The notes under the pieces are model-generated. The model was given only the letters and a program-made list of their open reading frames with translations. It was not told the DNA's origin and did no database searches. A program made the position numbers and the translations under genes. Of a stretch of DNA of 64,000 nucleotides, positions 1 through 13,325 are shown piece by piece. Numbering within the stretch: position 1 is the first letter of the stretch; the number at the start of each line of letters is the position of its first letter. The DNA is from Sphagnum compactum (taxonomy: Eukaryota): the NCBI GenBank assembly GCA_965153455.1, contig OZ234493.1, positions 13,010,213 through 13,074,212 on the forward strand. Direction: 5' to 3'.

Positions 1-104
1 CTTATCACCGAATCTGCCAATCCACTTTCTCTGTTGTGGAACAGAAAGAGTTGTGCTACACAAAGGTTTTAGCATTTGTTTGTTTGCAAAATGTTTGGGT
101 ACAG

Positions 105-3100
105 GGGATTTCCAGTGTGGTTGCGGGATGTTCCAGGAATTGTGTTTCGCACTGACAATGAACCATTTAAGGTGATCATGGAATCCTGGAATATCACCCT
201 GTTTTCAAATACAGATCACAGGTCTGTGCTATAAAACAATGACAAAAAAAATGCAGATAAGTATATCTGATCATTGCATGAGATACACCTTTAAGGTGCA
301 ACGTCTTCCTGGGTCTAACCTTTGTAGATCAGATCTTGATTTTGTGGGTACCTGTCAATGTTGTGGATTGTAGGAGAAAATGGAGGGTTTTGTTAGGAAG
401 ATTGTCAACCTGATGAAGGCAAATGAACTTTTCGCATGGCAAGGTGGCCCTATCATCTTAGCTCAGGTTTTCTTGCTGAGGCACCTGGTGTCACTTTGAT
501 TCATGCTTTTACTGTTTGTTGTTAGAATGTGGTGATATCTTGTGTTTAGGCTTTCCTCCTGTGTTTTGCAAACTGTAAGCTTGTGCAGGGTTCTCCATCT
601 GTCTGGCAATTCTAGATACTTGTATGGCAATTCAACAATTGTTCTCAAGAAATACAGGCCCAATACATCACAGAATCTCATAGCCAAGTTGTAAAACCCT
701 GAACCCTGAACTGCGACCTGGCATTGGATCATGGCCCCTGTGGCAGATTGAGAATGAATACGGGAATGTAGAATGGGAGTTTGGGGATGGAGGTCGTCGC
801 TATGTACAATGGGCAGCAAACATGGCACTAGGACTCAATGCAGGTGTGCCCTGGGTCATGTGCCAGCAGAATGATGCACCTTCCAACATTGTAAGATGCT
901 CCATTTCCTTTGGTGTCTCAAAACTGCCATGCTGGTGAAAAGAATTTTGAGTAGTGAAAGCAGAATCTGGATGTACTTGCAGACCTGTTGAGATCAGAAA
1001 AAGACTAGAGATCAATCAAATTGACCATGCTGTCCATGATTGTGTTGTGTTTGCATGGGTTGTGCAGATCAATACTTGCAATGGTTATTACTGTGATGGG
1101 TGGAAGCCAAACTCTCCTAACAAACCCGTGTTTTGGACTGAGGACTGGAATGGCTGGTATGTTTATATGAACCTCATCATTGAACTCTTTCAGCAGGTTG
1201 GCCATCTCTGTTCTCTCTCTCCCCCTGCTTCGACTCTCTCCACCCCCTTAGATGGGTGAGTGTCTGTTTGCCACTGGATTTTCAGGTTTCAAGACTATGG
1301 ACATGCTATGCCACATAGGCCTGTGGAGGACAATGCATTTGCTGTGGCACGGTTTTTCCAGCGAGGTGGAAGCTTCCAGAACTACTATATGGTATGTGTC
1401 AAGGACATAATTACAGGACATCTTTTATGCAAAACAGAAGAAATGTCTGAACATAATCAAAGCTTGTCCAACTAGGTGAATACTCAAGGAAAAAACACAC
1501 AGCTATAATTGGGGATTTTGAAAAGACAACAGGTGTTTCTTTCTTGTATGACACCAAGATGCATGCATGGCTATGATCGGCAGTACTTTGGAGGCACCAA
1601 CTTTGCTCGAACATCAGGCGGACCTTTCATTACCACATCATATGACTATGATGCTCCGATTGATGAATATGGTGTGTATCTCTCAAGTGCATCATGCAAA
1701 TTATGGTCTAGCTTCTTACAATGAGTTATAGCTTAGTTGATGTTCAGGTTCTGTTTTTTGCAAGTTTTCATCTTCGTCTGTGCGCTGATTTCTACAGATT
1801 GTGAGTGTGGGTGGCAAGCATTCTGCACTCTTTTGCTTGTACAAATGCAGTAGTACATGAAGAAGAAGAGAGCACACTAATTATCAGGTATGCCAAGGAC
1901 AAGCGATGCACTTGACGATTGTACACAATTAAATGTTTGGTTACAGGTCTGATACGGCAACCCAAGTGGGGCCACCTGAAAGAACTTCATGCAGCAATCA
2001 AGCTTTGTGAGCCCGCACTCACGGCCATTCAGGGGGATCCCACCTACATTTGGCTTGGTTCTCAGCAGGAGGTGTAGATCCACCACCACCACTTTCCTTA
2101 TTTCTGCACAAAGTCTGTTCTCCCTTGCACCATATGATTCCTTAAAAACTGTGAACAGATATCACTCAAATACAAAAGCCAGACACTACTTACAGGTCTG
2201 GGTTTGTTGGCATGATCTTGAGTTCAAAAGACCTCAATGCAATGGGAAAGAGTTGATAACCTTTTTTTTTCTATGTGAAGATTAGACAGGGCACCACATA
2301 TGTATGTATCCTTTTCTCACTTCATACAGGGGTGGGACAGGCACATGTGTATTCAGCAAATGGTCACTGTGCAGCTTTCCTAGCCAACATTGATAATCGA
2401 AGAAAAGTAACTGTTCACTTCCGAGGTCAATCATATTTGTTGCCACCATGGTCAGTCAGCATCCTACCAGACTGCAAGAAAGTCATCTTCAACACAGCCC
2501 AGGTGACCTGGTTGTCCTTTCCTGTTCTGCAGCTCTTATACTCTTCTTGATACCAAGAAGGGGGAAAAAAAACGCTGGTCAATTTCTTTGTGTAGTAGTC
2601 TAATGCTCCTTGCAGAGAAACATAAGTTTGATCTCAAAGTTCAGCAATGCCCTTCAGACTGTGGAACATTCCGCTGCAGGCCGATCTGATGGACATCTCT
2701 ATGCAGTGAGAGTGGCTGTTCTTTGTCGTGAAGTTATTGCATATACATTGTTTTGTTGATGGAGCTGTAATGATTTCATAAGGTGATTTGGGTTTGTGAA
2801 GATGCATATTATTTTGTAAAATTGTGTATTGGTCCCAAAACCAGGTTGGAACTCAAACAGTACTGTCAAGCATGAGGAGAATGGGCACAAAGCCAGCTAT
2901 TACACCTACCAGCCAGTACTTGCTCTCTCGTGCAATGCCAGATGCACATGATCAATCAGATGGTGAATCACTTGGCACTGGGTGGGCATGGGAATCGTAC
3001 ATGGAGTATGTGGGAGTGCGTGGGAACGGAACAGTAGTCACAAACTCTTTGCTTGAGCAAATAAGCACCACCAAAGATTCAACAGACTATCTTTGGTATA

Positions 3101-5497
3101 CAACCAGGTAATGCTGGTGGTGTTTTCCTTGTACTATGAACCTGTCAACTTTTTGCTGGCTCTCATGAGTCTTGTTCTGTCTGTTTGCTCCTCTGCACTC
3201 TTGCAAATAAGGCGATGTAGCACATATTTGCAACTTCATGATAACCATGGATCTGACCATGTGCTGCATGTTTTGTTGGGAAAATTCAGTGTTACGATTT
3301 CAGAAGATGATATACAAGCTCTGAGTAACACAGGTTCAACCACTTCCCTCGTATTGACATCAATGCGTGACGCGGTGCATGTTTTCATCAATGGGAAACT
3401 TGCAGGTTTGACATTCACATCTTTATGCCTTTTCCTGCAGTGGTTTTTCTCAAGATAATAATAGTAATAAGAGCATCTGTCTATGAATATACCAAACAAA
3501 AGTCCTAGAGTTTCTAGTCCTCCCAATATTCTCTTGGGTGGGGCTCTTTGGGTGTGGGTTGTGGATCAGGTAGTGCAATGGGCTGGAATGTACTAGTGGA
3601 TCAGAAAATCAGTCTACAAGCAGGCAGCAACAGCATTGCACTACTCTCAATGACAGTTGGTTTGCAAGTGTGTTCCTGCCTCCTCTTGATTACTGACACA
3701 TTGCCTGTCTGAGATTACTGAATTGGTCAACAGTCAGTTCAAGACCACACTGAATATGTACCCCAACTGTTTGTTAATGAGGCTTTCACACAAATATTGT
3801 CTTTGTCGTGACAGAATTATGGCGCATACTTGGAGACATGGGGTGCAGGTATCCAAGGGCCTGTGCTCATACGAGGCCTGCCATCCGGTGATCTGGATTT
3901 GACATCTCACACATGGGTGTATCAGGTCTCTTGCCTGAGAGTCTCTTTTCTCTTTTGTCCGTTTTGGATCTGCAGATCTACTACAGTCATCATTTTTGGG
4001 GCTGAATCAGATCACAGGCTGTGAACTGTAGTTTTCTGTGATTTTACAAAGATGGAGCATGGAGGAAACTTAGAAGAAAGTTCTTCTGTTCATGGAAGTA
4101 ATACTTGCGGTCTATGGTTTTGAATGTCTGTATTCAGGTGGGATTAGAAGGAGAACATTTGAAGATTTTCTCAAGTGGGTTCACTGACAGTGTTATGTGG
4201 ACTGCATTCCCCATTACATCACCCCTTGTGTGGCACAAGGTGAGAGTATCCTTTGTTGAGTAACCTGGCAAAACCTACAACAAGAGTTGTGTGGGGTGTG
4301 AGCTTTTGTTTGCAATGTGGGTTTGTTCACCTGTTTCTTCTTCTTCTTCTCATAAGTCCAAATGCTGGATCAACAGACCACATTTGATGCACCAGCAGGG
4401 GAGGAGCCCGTGGCGCTGGATTTGGGTAGCATGGGGAAGGGACAGGCATGGGTGAACGGGGAACATATTGGGCGGTTCTGGCCATCTATGCGTGCACCTC
4501 AATGGGGTTGCTCCCAGTGTGACTACCGTGGTGCCTACAATCCAGACAAATGTCTCACAAATTGTGGAGAGCCCTCCCAACGTTGGCAAGTCCCATCCTT
4601 CACTCCAGGAACAGTCTGATCTCCTTTGGCTAATTTCATAGGAATATTTTTTGTGTGTTAGGTCCTGACAGACTTTTCCAGATGTTGCAGGCATCACATC
4701 CCCCGTGCTTGGTTGCAACCGAAGGGCAATTTATTGGTCGTTTTTGAGGAAGTTGGAGGGGATCCGTTGCAAATATCAGTTGTGACACGATCACAAGATG
4801 TTGTATGTGGTCATGTCTCAGAGCTGCACCCACCACCATTTGATGAAACCTGGATCAGCAACCACAACACCACATCAACAACTCCCACATTGCAGCTTGC
4901 TTGTACAGCAGGACACCACATAATTGACATCAATTTTTCCAGCTATGGGAATCCCGATGGGAGTTGTGGTGACTTCAGAAAAGGAGCTTGTCATGCTGTT
5001 GACTCCTTTGCAGCTGTGCACAAGGTAAGAACTTCTGGACCAATTTGGCTATGTTGGTTTGTATTTATGGGTAAACTGTTTTTTTTTTTTTTTGTGATTC
5101 AGTTTGATCCACCTTTCTCTTTTCTGCTTTTTGCACTGGCATGTAATGTGGGGAGCAACTTCAATGTATGGAACAAAGCAATAGTACAGAGGACTGAAGC
5201 ATAGGAGATGTATGGTTTGGGGGGGGTTACTGCCAGGCTTGTGTGGGTAAGCAACAATGCACAGTGGCTGTAGCTTGGTTTACATTTGGAGGAAGTGATC
5301 CATGTCCAACCACCCATAAGAGCTTGGCAGTGCAAGCTCAATGCTCATCTGTGCATGGGGAGGTGGCACAAATGGAGGAAATGCCTGTTGTATTCTCAAA
5401 TTACACATGGCAAAAGCCAGGCAACTGGAGTCATCATAATCAATTATCAACTTGGCAAAGAAAACCGCCAGTCTCATCCCAGTACCCAATGTATTAG
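105..5497 (+). CDS. BGAL: Beta-galactosidase (GH35) with C-terminal SUEL/Gal-lectin domain; 5' part lies upstream of the window
   Basis: Exons read from splice signals: 105-171, 374-466, 747-890, 1068-1156, 1286-1391, 1584-1671, 1947-2071, 2341-2502, 2845-3107, 3290-3405, 3570-3667, 3815-3925, 4138-4239, 4377-4585, 4691-5024, 5237-5497. Spliced product has [36 protein letters not shown] (acid/base Glu), WTEDWNGW (nucleophile), [62 protein letters not shown] and FGGSDPCP. Confidence 0.96.
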
Positions 5498-5504
5498 CTC
5501 TTAA

Positions 5505-5745
5505 ACTAGAAGCAGTATGATGGAGGCCACATTGCTTGGGAGGCCATGTGTGCTTTACATGCAACTCTCTTTTGCACATTTTAAACCCAATGGCAGTACT
5601 TGATGCATTAGCACTTGGAACTGGAAGCAGTATGATGGAGGCCACACATCTTGTGTGCATCCTAAATCCAATGCTGGTACTCAATGCATTGGCACCTGAA
5701 CCAGAAGCAGTATGATGGAAGCTGCATGTGCTTCACCTGCACCTC
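5505..5745 (+). repeat. Three degenerate direct repeats just after the BGAL stop
   Basis: GAAGCAGTATGATGGA(G/A)GC recurs at about 5508, 5624 and 5704. The 2nd and 3rd copies share the preceding TAAA(C/T)CCAATG..GTACT..ATGCATT.GCAC block. Confidence 0.75.
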
Positions 5746-6739
5746 TCTTGTGTGCATTTCTAAACCTTCAACCCAACATTTCTAATTGGGTGCCTGAAAG
5801 TACTAGACACATACTAGATAATGGTGTTGTTGCTTGGGTAATTGTGGACAGAATTGGGGTACTGCCCTAAACCCTAAACCGTACTATCAGGTATTATTCT
5901 CTCTTTATTTCCAAATCCAAGGGTTCAAATTTGGGTTGCACTATCTTGTTCCAGGACCATAACAGGCAATTTCCCATTATATAAATACTGGGAAAAATAT
6001 CTCAACCGGAGCTGATGAACTAATAAGAGCAAGTCCAAGCACTAACCCCATTGGCATTTGTGTGTTCCTCTTTGTCTTCTCCTTAATGATGCTTGTTGTG
6101 AGCTTGTTTTCATCTTCTTCTCAAGAACATTACAAGTTTGGTACTCAATAGTATTACAAGTTTGGTTTTTTGTGTTTTGAACAAGTTTGTTGTCGTGTTT
6201 CTTAGTGTAACAGGTATCTTTGCAATAGTCAAATGTTTGACATGTTCCATTCCAAGTACATTTTTCCTTTTTTCTTTTTTCTATTTGCATTGTTGTTTGC
6301 TTGGACATTGTTGATATTGATTTTCAAGCTTCTTGTTGTGTTTCTTGACGATAATTTGTTGTTCATGGAACATTTTTCTTTATGCAACAATTTTTGCAAC
6401 AATCCAATGATCTACACATTTTGCTTCAAATACATTTTCTCGTTTTCTTCTTTTTGAACTTGTGTTGCTTTTGTTGTTATCATTGTTGCAACATTGAATT
6501 TTTGCTCAAGTGTTTACAACTTGCCATGGGTACCAAAAAACTTTGTGTTGTATTGGGGACAATCATCCTCCTCATTGAAACGCAACAACATTTTTGCGAG
6601 GGAGATGAAACATCCTATCCATATTTTCCCCCACATTTGCCAGCTTGCCCACAAAACAACCTTACTCAACTTGTGAATGTTATTTTGCATAATTTTCCAT
6701 TAACATCCAATGTGGTTGCACTAGGGTTTGACTTAGGAT

Positions 6740-8270
6740 ATTGGGTCAAGTTGCAAAGTACCACATTGTTCTTTGTATTTTATGCTTGTCAAATATGACG
6801 ATGAGTGATGGATTTTGAATTTCAAGATGTCAGAGGACACTTTGTTTGACATGACCAACAAGCTAAAGCCATTAATTGCAAAGAAACACACCAAGTATCG
6901 ACTTGTGATCCATGTGGAGGTTCAAGTGGCTTGTGTGATTTACAAATTGTCCCATGGCTCAAGCTTGTTGATGTGCAATGAATTGGTTACCACCAACAAA
7001 TCAACTATTGTATTGGTTATATGCAAAGTTGTTACAGCTATCAACATCAAGTGTTCGAAACTTGGAATTCATGGCTAGTGGGATAGAATATGGAGGTTGA
7101 AATGTTAGAGTTTAAGGATTGGTGTAACTTATTGAATTTGCATGTGCCATAGACAATACACACATCTCCATCTTGAAACCCAATATTACATTTGTGAAAC
7201 ACTACTTTTATCACAAGATTGGAGGTTATTCAATTGTGGCATAGGTAGTTGTGGATGTTAGGATGAAGTTTGTTAACATTTATGTTGAGGGTGTGTGCAT
7301 GTTAGGGTGGATCACTTTTGGTGTCATTGTTAGTATTTCTATAATGAATGTAATTACAATTCCTACATGTAATTGCCTGTGTTAGGATTTTTCAATAAGG
7401 ATTAATTTTTAAGTTATAAACTTGAATATGTACATATGAAATTGATTGTTAATGCAAAATAATTAAAATTACAAACACTATGGAATTTTGAAGTTGAAAT
7501 TACAAGTATTACATAGGTAACATTTACACTAATGGACTTTGATTAAAGTTAATGGTTGGATCTTAAACTTGTTAGGGATTTGGTTTTAAGTAGACAATAT
7601 ATTGAATTTTTTTGCATTATAACATATGAAAATATTGACTCACAAAACTTTTGTTTGGGATTAAAATTGAGTATTTTTCAAAAGTCCATGGCATATTGAA
7701 AATAATGTGTTTCATGTTGGGATTTTGTACACTTATATTGTTTTATGACCTTTACATGCATTCATATTCTAATTGAATAAAACTTTAAAACTAATCATTT
7801 CAGTATCCTTTGAATTGTGTCACATTGTGACTTAAAAAATCACTCTAAAAAATGATTTTTCTCTTGCCACTTTTTGGGCCACCCTAACTTGCATGCACCC
7901 TCGGTTTACTTGGAAGCATCCATGATTCTTGTGTTCTACACAAGTCTTGATTATATAAACATGTTCAATAGAACCCATTTTCAGTTTGGCGAGAGGTGGT
8001 GAAAAAGCTTTTCCTCCATACCTTCTTGGTGACAAAGGATATCCATTTCCCCCTTGGATCATAACACCTCACAAGGAAAGGCAACAACATTTCGTGCTTG
8101 AATTTTTATATAATAGAAAGCATAAGCATGAATGTGTGGTATGCAAAAAAGCCTTTGGTATTTTGAAACAAAGCTTTCATAAGATTTTGTACAAAATTGA
8201 CCTTGATATCACCTTGGTTGTAGACATGTTCTTTGGTTGTTGTCTTCTTCACAATTTGATTCTTGGTTGA
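6740..8270 (+). mobile_element. Decayed PIF/Harbinger (HARBI1-like DDE) transposase, interrupted by a TIR element
   Basis: Fragments NFKMSEDTLFDMTNKLKPLI, VACVIYKLSHG, AIDNTHISI, HKIGGYSIVA*VVVD..KFVNIYV | GLLGSIHDS, YLLGDKGYP..WIITP, YNRKH..AFGILK..CCLLHNLI match the DDE_Tnp_4 layout. Stops and frameshifts are present. Confidence 0.88.
7287..7902. mobile_element. 616-bp non-autonomous TIR DNA transposon with GAG...CTC ends
   Basis: Left end GAGGGTGTGTGCATGTTAGGGTGG versus reverse complement of right end GAGGGTGCATGCAAGTTAGGGTGG (21/24 identical). AT-rich interior. It splits the Harbinger transposase between IYV and GLLGS. Confidence 0.88.
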
Positions 8271-9409
8271 AAAGAGCTTGACATTTTAAAACTTTCACAT
8301 TTTCTTTAATGAGAATCAAAAAAAGATGATAAAAGGTTGAATTTACATCCATCATCTACTAATTCATAAATGAATGTGAGAAAACAAAAACAAAAACATT
8401 TAAGTGAACAGCAACAATGGAATTTGGAAATTTATGTTACAAGTAATTCAATGCAATTTAGTTTAATCATGTAACAATTTTATAATTAGTAAGTATTACT
8501 TTCCAAGATTTCAATTTTATTATCATCATCATCATTTATTATCATCATCACCCTTTGGACATGGCCAATTGACTACAAAAGCTATTATCAGCTTCGATAT
8601 GGAAGGTTAATTTTTCCTTGAATAAAATGTTTGACCCATCATTTGTGTCAACCTTGTAATCACATTCTCAATATTCATTTAAGTTTGACACAAATTTTCA
8701 TTGTGGTGTGTGAAATACTACAATTGTTTTTTTAAATTTTCATGTCGAATCCTTTCTTATTACTTCTCAATTTGTAGTTTCATTGAATGAATATGGTTTA
8801 TAAATTCAAGTAGGACTTTAGAGCTATTTTCCTATTACTTCTACCAAGCTTCAATAGGTAGCAATTTTTTGTTGTGAACACCTATATTACCAATATGTTG
8901 ACCATGTCCTATAACCATTCACATAAAATCTTGAAATGGAATCAAATAAATCTAAAATATAATATAATGACCTAAGGTAAAATAACCTAAAATAACCAAT
9001 AATAGCCAATGAAAAATAATTTAGACTTTATTGAATTCTCTCTTGTTGCTTCTCAATTTGTTCTTTTATTCTTAATAGATGAAAATCTCTTGATTGCATT
9101 CTAAGTGTACATTAGAGGTCTACAACATTTGTGTTGTTACTTCCTTATCTATTGTTGTTGTTTTATCTGTTGTTGCATTAGCAACTACCTTAAGAGTAAT
9201 AGGGTTTTAGAATGGCATATCATCATGTTGGAAGTTATTTTGATGTGTGTGAATTTTGGGTGTCACAAGATTTATCATTGAATAATGTGTATCATAGTTT
9301 TGGACAATTTAACCAAACTAGAATGAAATCTTGAAGTTTGTTGTCAGCATGCATGTTGAAGCCTTGATCCTATGCAATATTTGTTTGAAATTCTCAATAA
9401 TAAAAACTA

Positions 9410-9690
9410 GAAGCATAGGTATTATCACTAGGGTCCATGAAATCTTAGTAGTGTGGTGGTTCAAAGATAACAATGTTGTTCATAAACACATCAATCATTT
9501 CATAGATCACTTTATTGAACAACCTTGATAGATTTAATGTCATTTTGTCTAAGGGGAAATGTTCTAAAATTCTTCATTGTGATCCATCCTTAACATGTAA
9601 TCTTGGATCCTTTTGTAATCCAAGATTATGAGAAGCAAATTTGTTCCTTGAATGTGTGCGTTGGCCCAATTGTAATATTGTTGCAAATAT
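9410..9690 (-). pseudogene. Decayed Myb/SANT (trihelix-like) ORF, probable second ORF of the Harbinger element
   Basis: Minus strand gives DYKRIQDYM..DHNEEF*..LIDVFM..IFEPPH..DFMDP with stops. It lies convergent with and next to the Harbinger transposase, and Harbingers typically carry a Myb/SANT ORF. Confidence 0.5.
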
Positions 9691-9894
9691 TTACACTTTT
9701 GAAACAATCCCAAGAATTAATGAAGCTAATGAAGCTAGATATTCATCTATTTTGGCTTGCACTAGGGATACCACCTCTTGATGCTCTTAATTGATGCTTC
9801 AACAATATGTATATGTGTATCTATATTTGACAGAATCCAATTTTGAGATGTACATATCCAGAAGCAAAGATTTGAGGATTCTGAATATGAATTT

Positions 9895-10330
9895 TCATTA
9901 TGCATATCCGGGGTTTAGGGTTTAGGGGACATCGGATACATCATCTCACTCATTGTGAAGAGTGGGGGGATGTTTTGTGCCATCGTTGTCGAGCTTTTCA
10001 CTTGAAGTTCTTGCAAGTTTTTGCATCAATTCGTTTAGGTGGATTTTGTATTTTCACTATGTCTATTCAGGGTTTAGGGTTTAGGGTTTAGGGGACAGTA
10101 AATATGACATCTTGCTCATTATGAAAAGTGGGGGGGAAACTTTGTGCCATCATTGGTAAGCTTTTCACTTCAAAGTTTTTGTAAGTTCTTATGCCATCAT
10201 TGTTAAACTTTTCACTTGAAAGTTTATGTAAGTTTTTACAAATTCTTGCATCAACTTGTTCAAGTGGATTTTATATTTTACTTCTAGCTTTCGACTTCTG
10301 ATGTCGTTGGTGTTGTTCAAGAATTCTTGC
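9895..10330. repeat. Degenerate ~160-bp tandem duplication headed by telomeric tracts
   Basis: (TTTAGGG)n-GACA..CATCT..CTCATT.TGAA.AGTGGGGGG..TTTGTGCCATC..AGCTTTTCACTT occurs at about 9911 (2 repeats) and 10069 (3 repeats), followed by partial copies. Confidence 0.75.
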
Positions 10331-10529
10331 AAGTTCCTGCAAGTTCTTTCATTAACTCACTCACTCATTTATGGCTTTCAATGTTAGTGTTGTTTGAAAA
10401 CCTTACATCGACTTCCTTCCATCATTGCTATTGCATGAAAGCTTTTACAAATTCTTGCATTAACCATTGATCCAAAAGTCATTGTTGGTTTGTCAAATCT
10501 ATAAGTTCTATTCTCATGAAACGTAAATG

Positions 10530-12090
10530 TTTTCGGGTTGAATTGTTGAACCTTGGTCATTAGTTATTTAGATGAGGCTTGGACACCTAGGCATGCTACT
10601 GTTGGCTTGTTTGAAGTGCATGAAACAAGTGGTAGTGCCATGGTTTCGTAGTTCCAAGCTTTGCTAGAAAAAATTGGATTAATTCACTAGGTGATTGCTA
10701 TTGTGAAAGATGAGGGCAACAACTTATGAACCATGGTTGTAGCATTATGATAAATCATTGATTGTGAACCGTTCAAGCTCTTACAGGTTTATGAAGGTAC
10801 TTGCTTTGGACATGTGATGTCCAAAGCGTGTCAATATGCGATGAATGATGATAAGATTTTAGTGAGTTTAACTTTGGCGAATGTCAAAGATGTTCAAACA
10901 AGTTTGCAAAAAAAATTACTTGAACAAATAAATTAGGGAAAGGGAGGCAAGAGTGGGAAAAGGCTTGCATTGAAAGTGGGATGCGACATTGGAAATTGGA
11001 AACTCTAGTGAAAACCAGGTTTGCAAGTAAAGTTATAATGTTTGAAAAAACTTTGGAATTCAAACAAGATATTTTACTATGTTATGGGAAACATAAGACA
11101 TTAACATTGTAGCAAATAGTTCCTAAGGCCTAGGTTTGAGCCATTGCGAAAGTTGTCATTAATTGCTTGAATTTTGTGGTGATAACATGTGTGATGAACC
11201 AATCTAAAAGGCACTGTTTACTATCAAATGCCTTAGCTACTACAATTAATTTGATTGTGGTTAAGGAATCTAAAGGGATCATTTAAAGTAGATCCCCTTG
11301 ATGGGGGTGAAACATTTGACCTTTTTGATGTTTAGCTCCACACATTAAACAAAAACATGCGATAGGAAGTTGTGAAGGTACTTCAACCTTTTCTGGAATT
11401 TTTGAAGGTATTTGATTTTCATCAAATTCACAATATGTTGGCCTTGATGTTGGATCCTTGTTTCAAATCTCTACAAGTTATGAAAAGTTTTGTGGGGTAC
11501 AACAATGCAATCTGCCTCACTATTGAGTATGATGTGAAAGAGTTCATCCCTCTTCTGATGATTTTTTTTTGATCAACTGAATCCTACTATTGACGCAATT
11601 TGTAGCACCATGTGATGAACCTATTCTTTAGGTTGAAGAAGATGACAATAACATGTTTGGGGTTGGAGCTTCCATGGAGGAATCTTCATAGGCATTTGTT
11701 ATTTCATAATTTTCTTTATTTCGAAGGCTTTCTATTCCACCATCTATGTGTGTGGATCCTTTTGTTTAGTGGTGGACCCATGAAGGTCAGTTTCCAAATG
11801 TTGTTTTCTTGGCCAAACAGATCCTTGGGATTCCTAGTTTTCAAATTGAAACATAAAGGGTGTTTAGCCTTGCTGGTGTTTTGATAGTTTTGAGGTGTTA
11901 TCGTTTATAGGTGGAAAATCTTGATAGGATTATCATTGTGATAAAAAATTGGCCAGATGATTCACACATGAATTGTAGGGCAAATGCAAGCTTCAAGGAT
12001 TATATCAAATTTGAAGTTACTCTGGTTGAAAAAAATTATGAGTTTATTGAAAAATCTAAATATTTTGAAAAGCCGTTGGTTGATAATTTA
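10530..12090 (+). mobile_element. Decayed hAT-family transposase
   Basis: Fragments VGLFEVHETSG, VKDEGNNL, CFGHVMSKACQY, VKTRFAS, MLALMLDPCFK, and the hAT dimerisation region WWTHEGQFPNVVFLAKQILGIPSFQIET*RVFSLAG..ENLDRIIIVIKNW. Many stops. Confidence 0.88.
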
Positions 12091-12109
12091 TTTTTTGTTT
12101 CCTATCCAT

Positions 12110-12480
12110 GTTGACGTTGCAGCAGTTTGGGCCTTCTATTTTTGTTGTTGATGAAATTGTAGTTGATGCTACAAGTTTTAAGTTTTAAGCCTTCTATTTT
12201 TGTTGCTGATCAAGTTGTTGTTGATGTTGTTAAGTTTTGGGCCTTTTATTTTTGTTGTTGATCAAGTTGCAGCATCAACATCAACTTCCATATTAATGTT
12301 GTTGGGTTCTGGGCCTTTTGTTTTTGCTGATGATCAAATCACAACATCGACATCAACTTCCATATTGATGTTGTTGGGTTTTGGGCCTTTTTATTGTTGA
12401 TGATCGAGTTGTAGCAATTTTCTTATGTCCTATGGGTTTCAGGGCATTCTACTTTGTTGTTGATCAAGTTGTAGCAACTT
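12110..12480. repeat. Degenerate ~60-70 bp tandem array downstream of the hAT remnant
   Basis: Recurrent GGGCCTTTT(A)TTTTTGTTGTTGATCAAGTTG..CAACATCAACTTCCATATT.ATGTTGTTGGGTT units, about 5-6 copies. Confidence 0.7.
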
Positions 12481-12959
12481 ATTGGGTGGGTGGGGTGCAT
12501 TGAGGTGTTGGGGTGTTTTTTGTGGCCGTGTTTTTGGTAGGTAGCTTGTGTTGTAATCGGTAGAGTTCTTTAGAGAACTAGGGTTCAATTCCCCCACAAG
12601 CTTTTGATTTCCAAGAATGAAATTAGGGTTTATGATTACCAAGTATGAAATTAGGGCTTAGGATTCCCCACTATGAGATTAGCATGTGAACTTTACTACA
12701 TATAAACTAGTAGTACGCATATCTACAATTTATCAAAAATTTGAAAAATTGACAAATGCATAACCGGCAATGAATGAAAAATTTCAAATGGATGCAATAA
12801 CCGCATCCGTTCCCTTCAAGTTCCCAATGTGTGTTTTCATCAGGTTCCCAACATGTTCCCGAAGTTCCCAATGTGTTTCCCCAAAGGTGTTCCCAATAGT
12901 ACCCTGGCTTTAATCCCATATGTTTTGCCCAAAGTCCTCCCCTTCTCAATCAAGTATAT

Positions 12960-13325
12960 AGGTGGGCCAAAGGGGCAGGCCCACTACATCTTTCCGTAGA
13001 ATCTTCTATCTCGGGGAGCCTCCATTTTTGCAACTATTTTTGGTGATGGGCCAATCAGATTGGCCCATTCATTGCAAGAAAAAAAAAGTTGGACTTGTGA
13101 GGCACCCCCAACTAATTAATATGAAACAGAATAAGTACCCAGAATATATCATTTTTTATTTATTTTTCATTTTTCCCTAGTTCCCATGATGTTCCCTTTG
13201 ATGAGTTCCCAATGGGTTCCCATCAGGTTCCCGATATGTTCACATAAAAAAATTTGAACTTGCATAATTCCTTATATTTGGCTAACCCTAATTCCTTCGA
13301 CCCTAATTTCAAAACCCTAATTCAT
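12960..13325 (+). promoter_or_regulatory. Putative promoter of the PPR locus (site II-like elements plus telo-box)
   Basis: TGGGCC/GGCCCA motifs at about 12963, 12978, 13047 and 13062, and AAACCCTAA at about 13312, just before a CT-rich leader. Confidence 0.45.
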
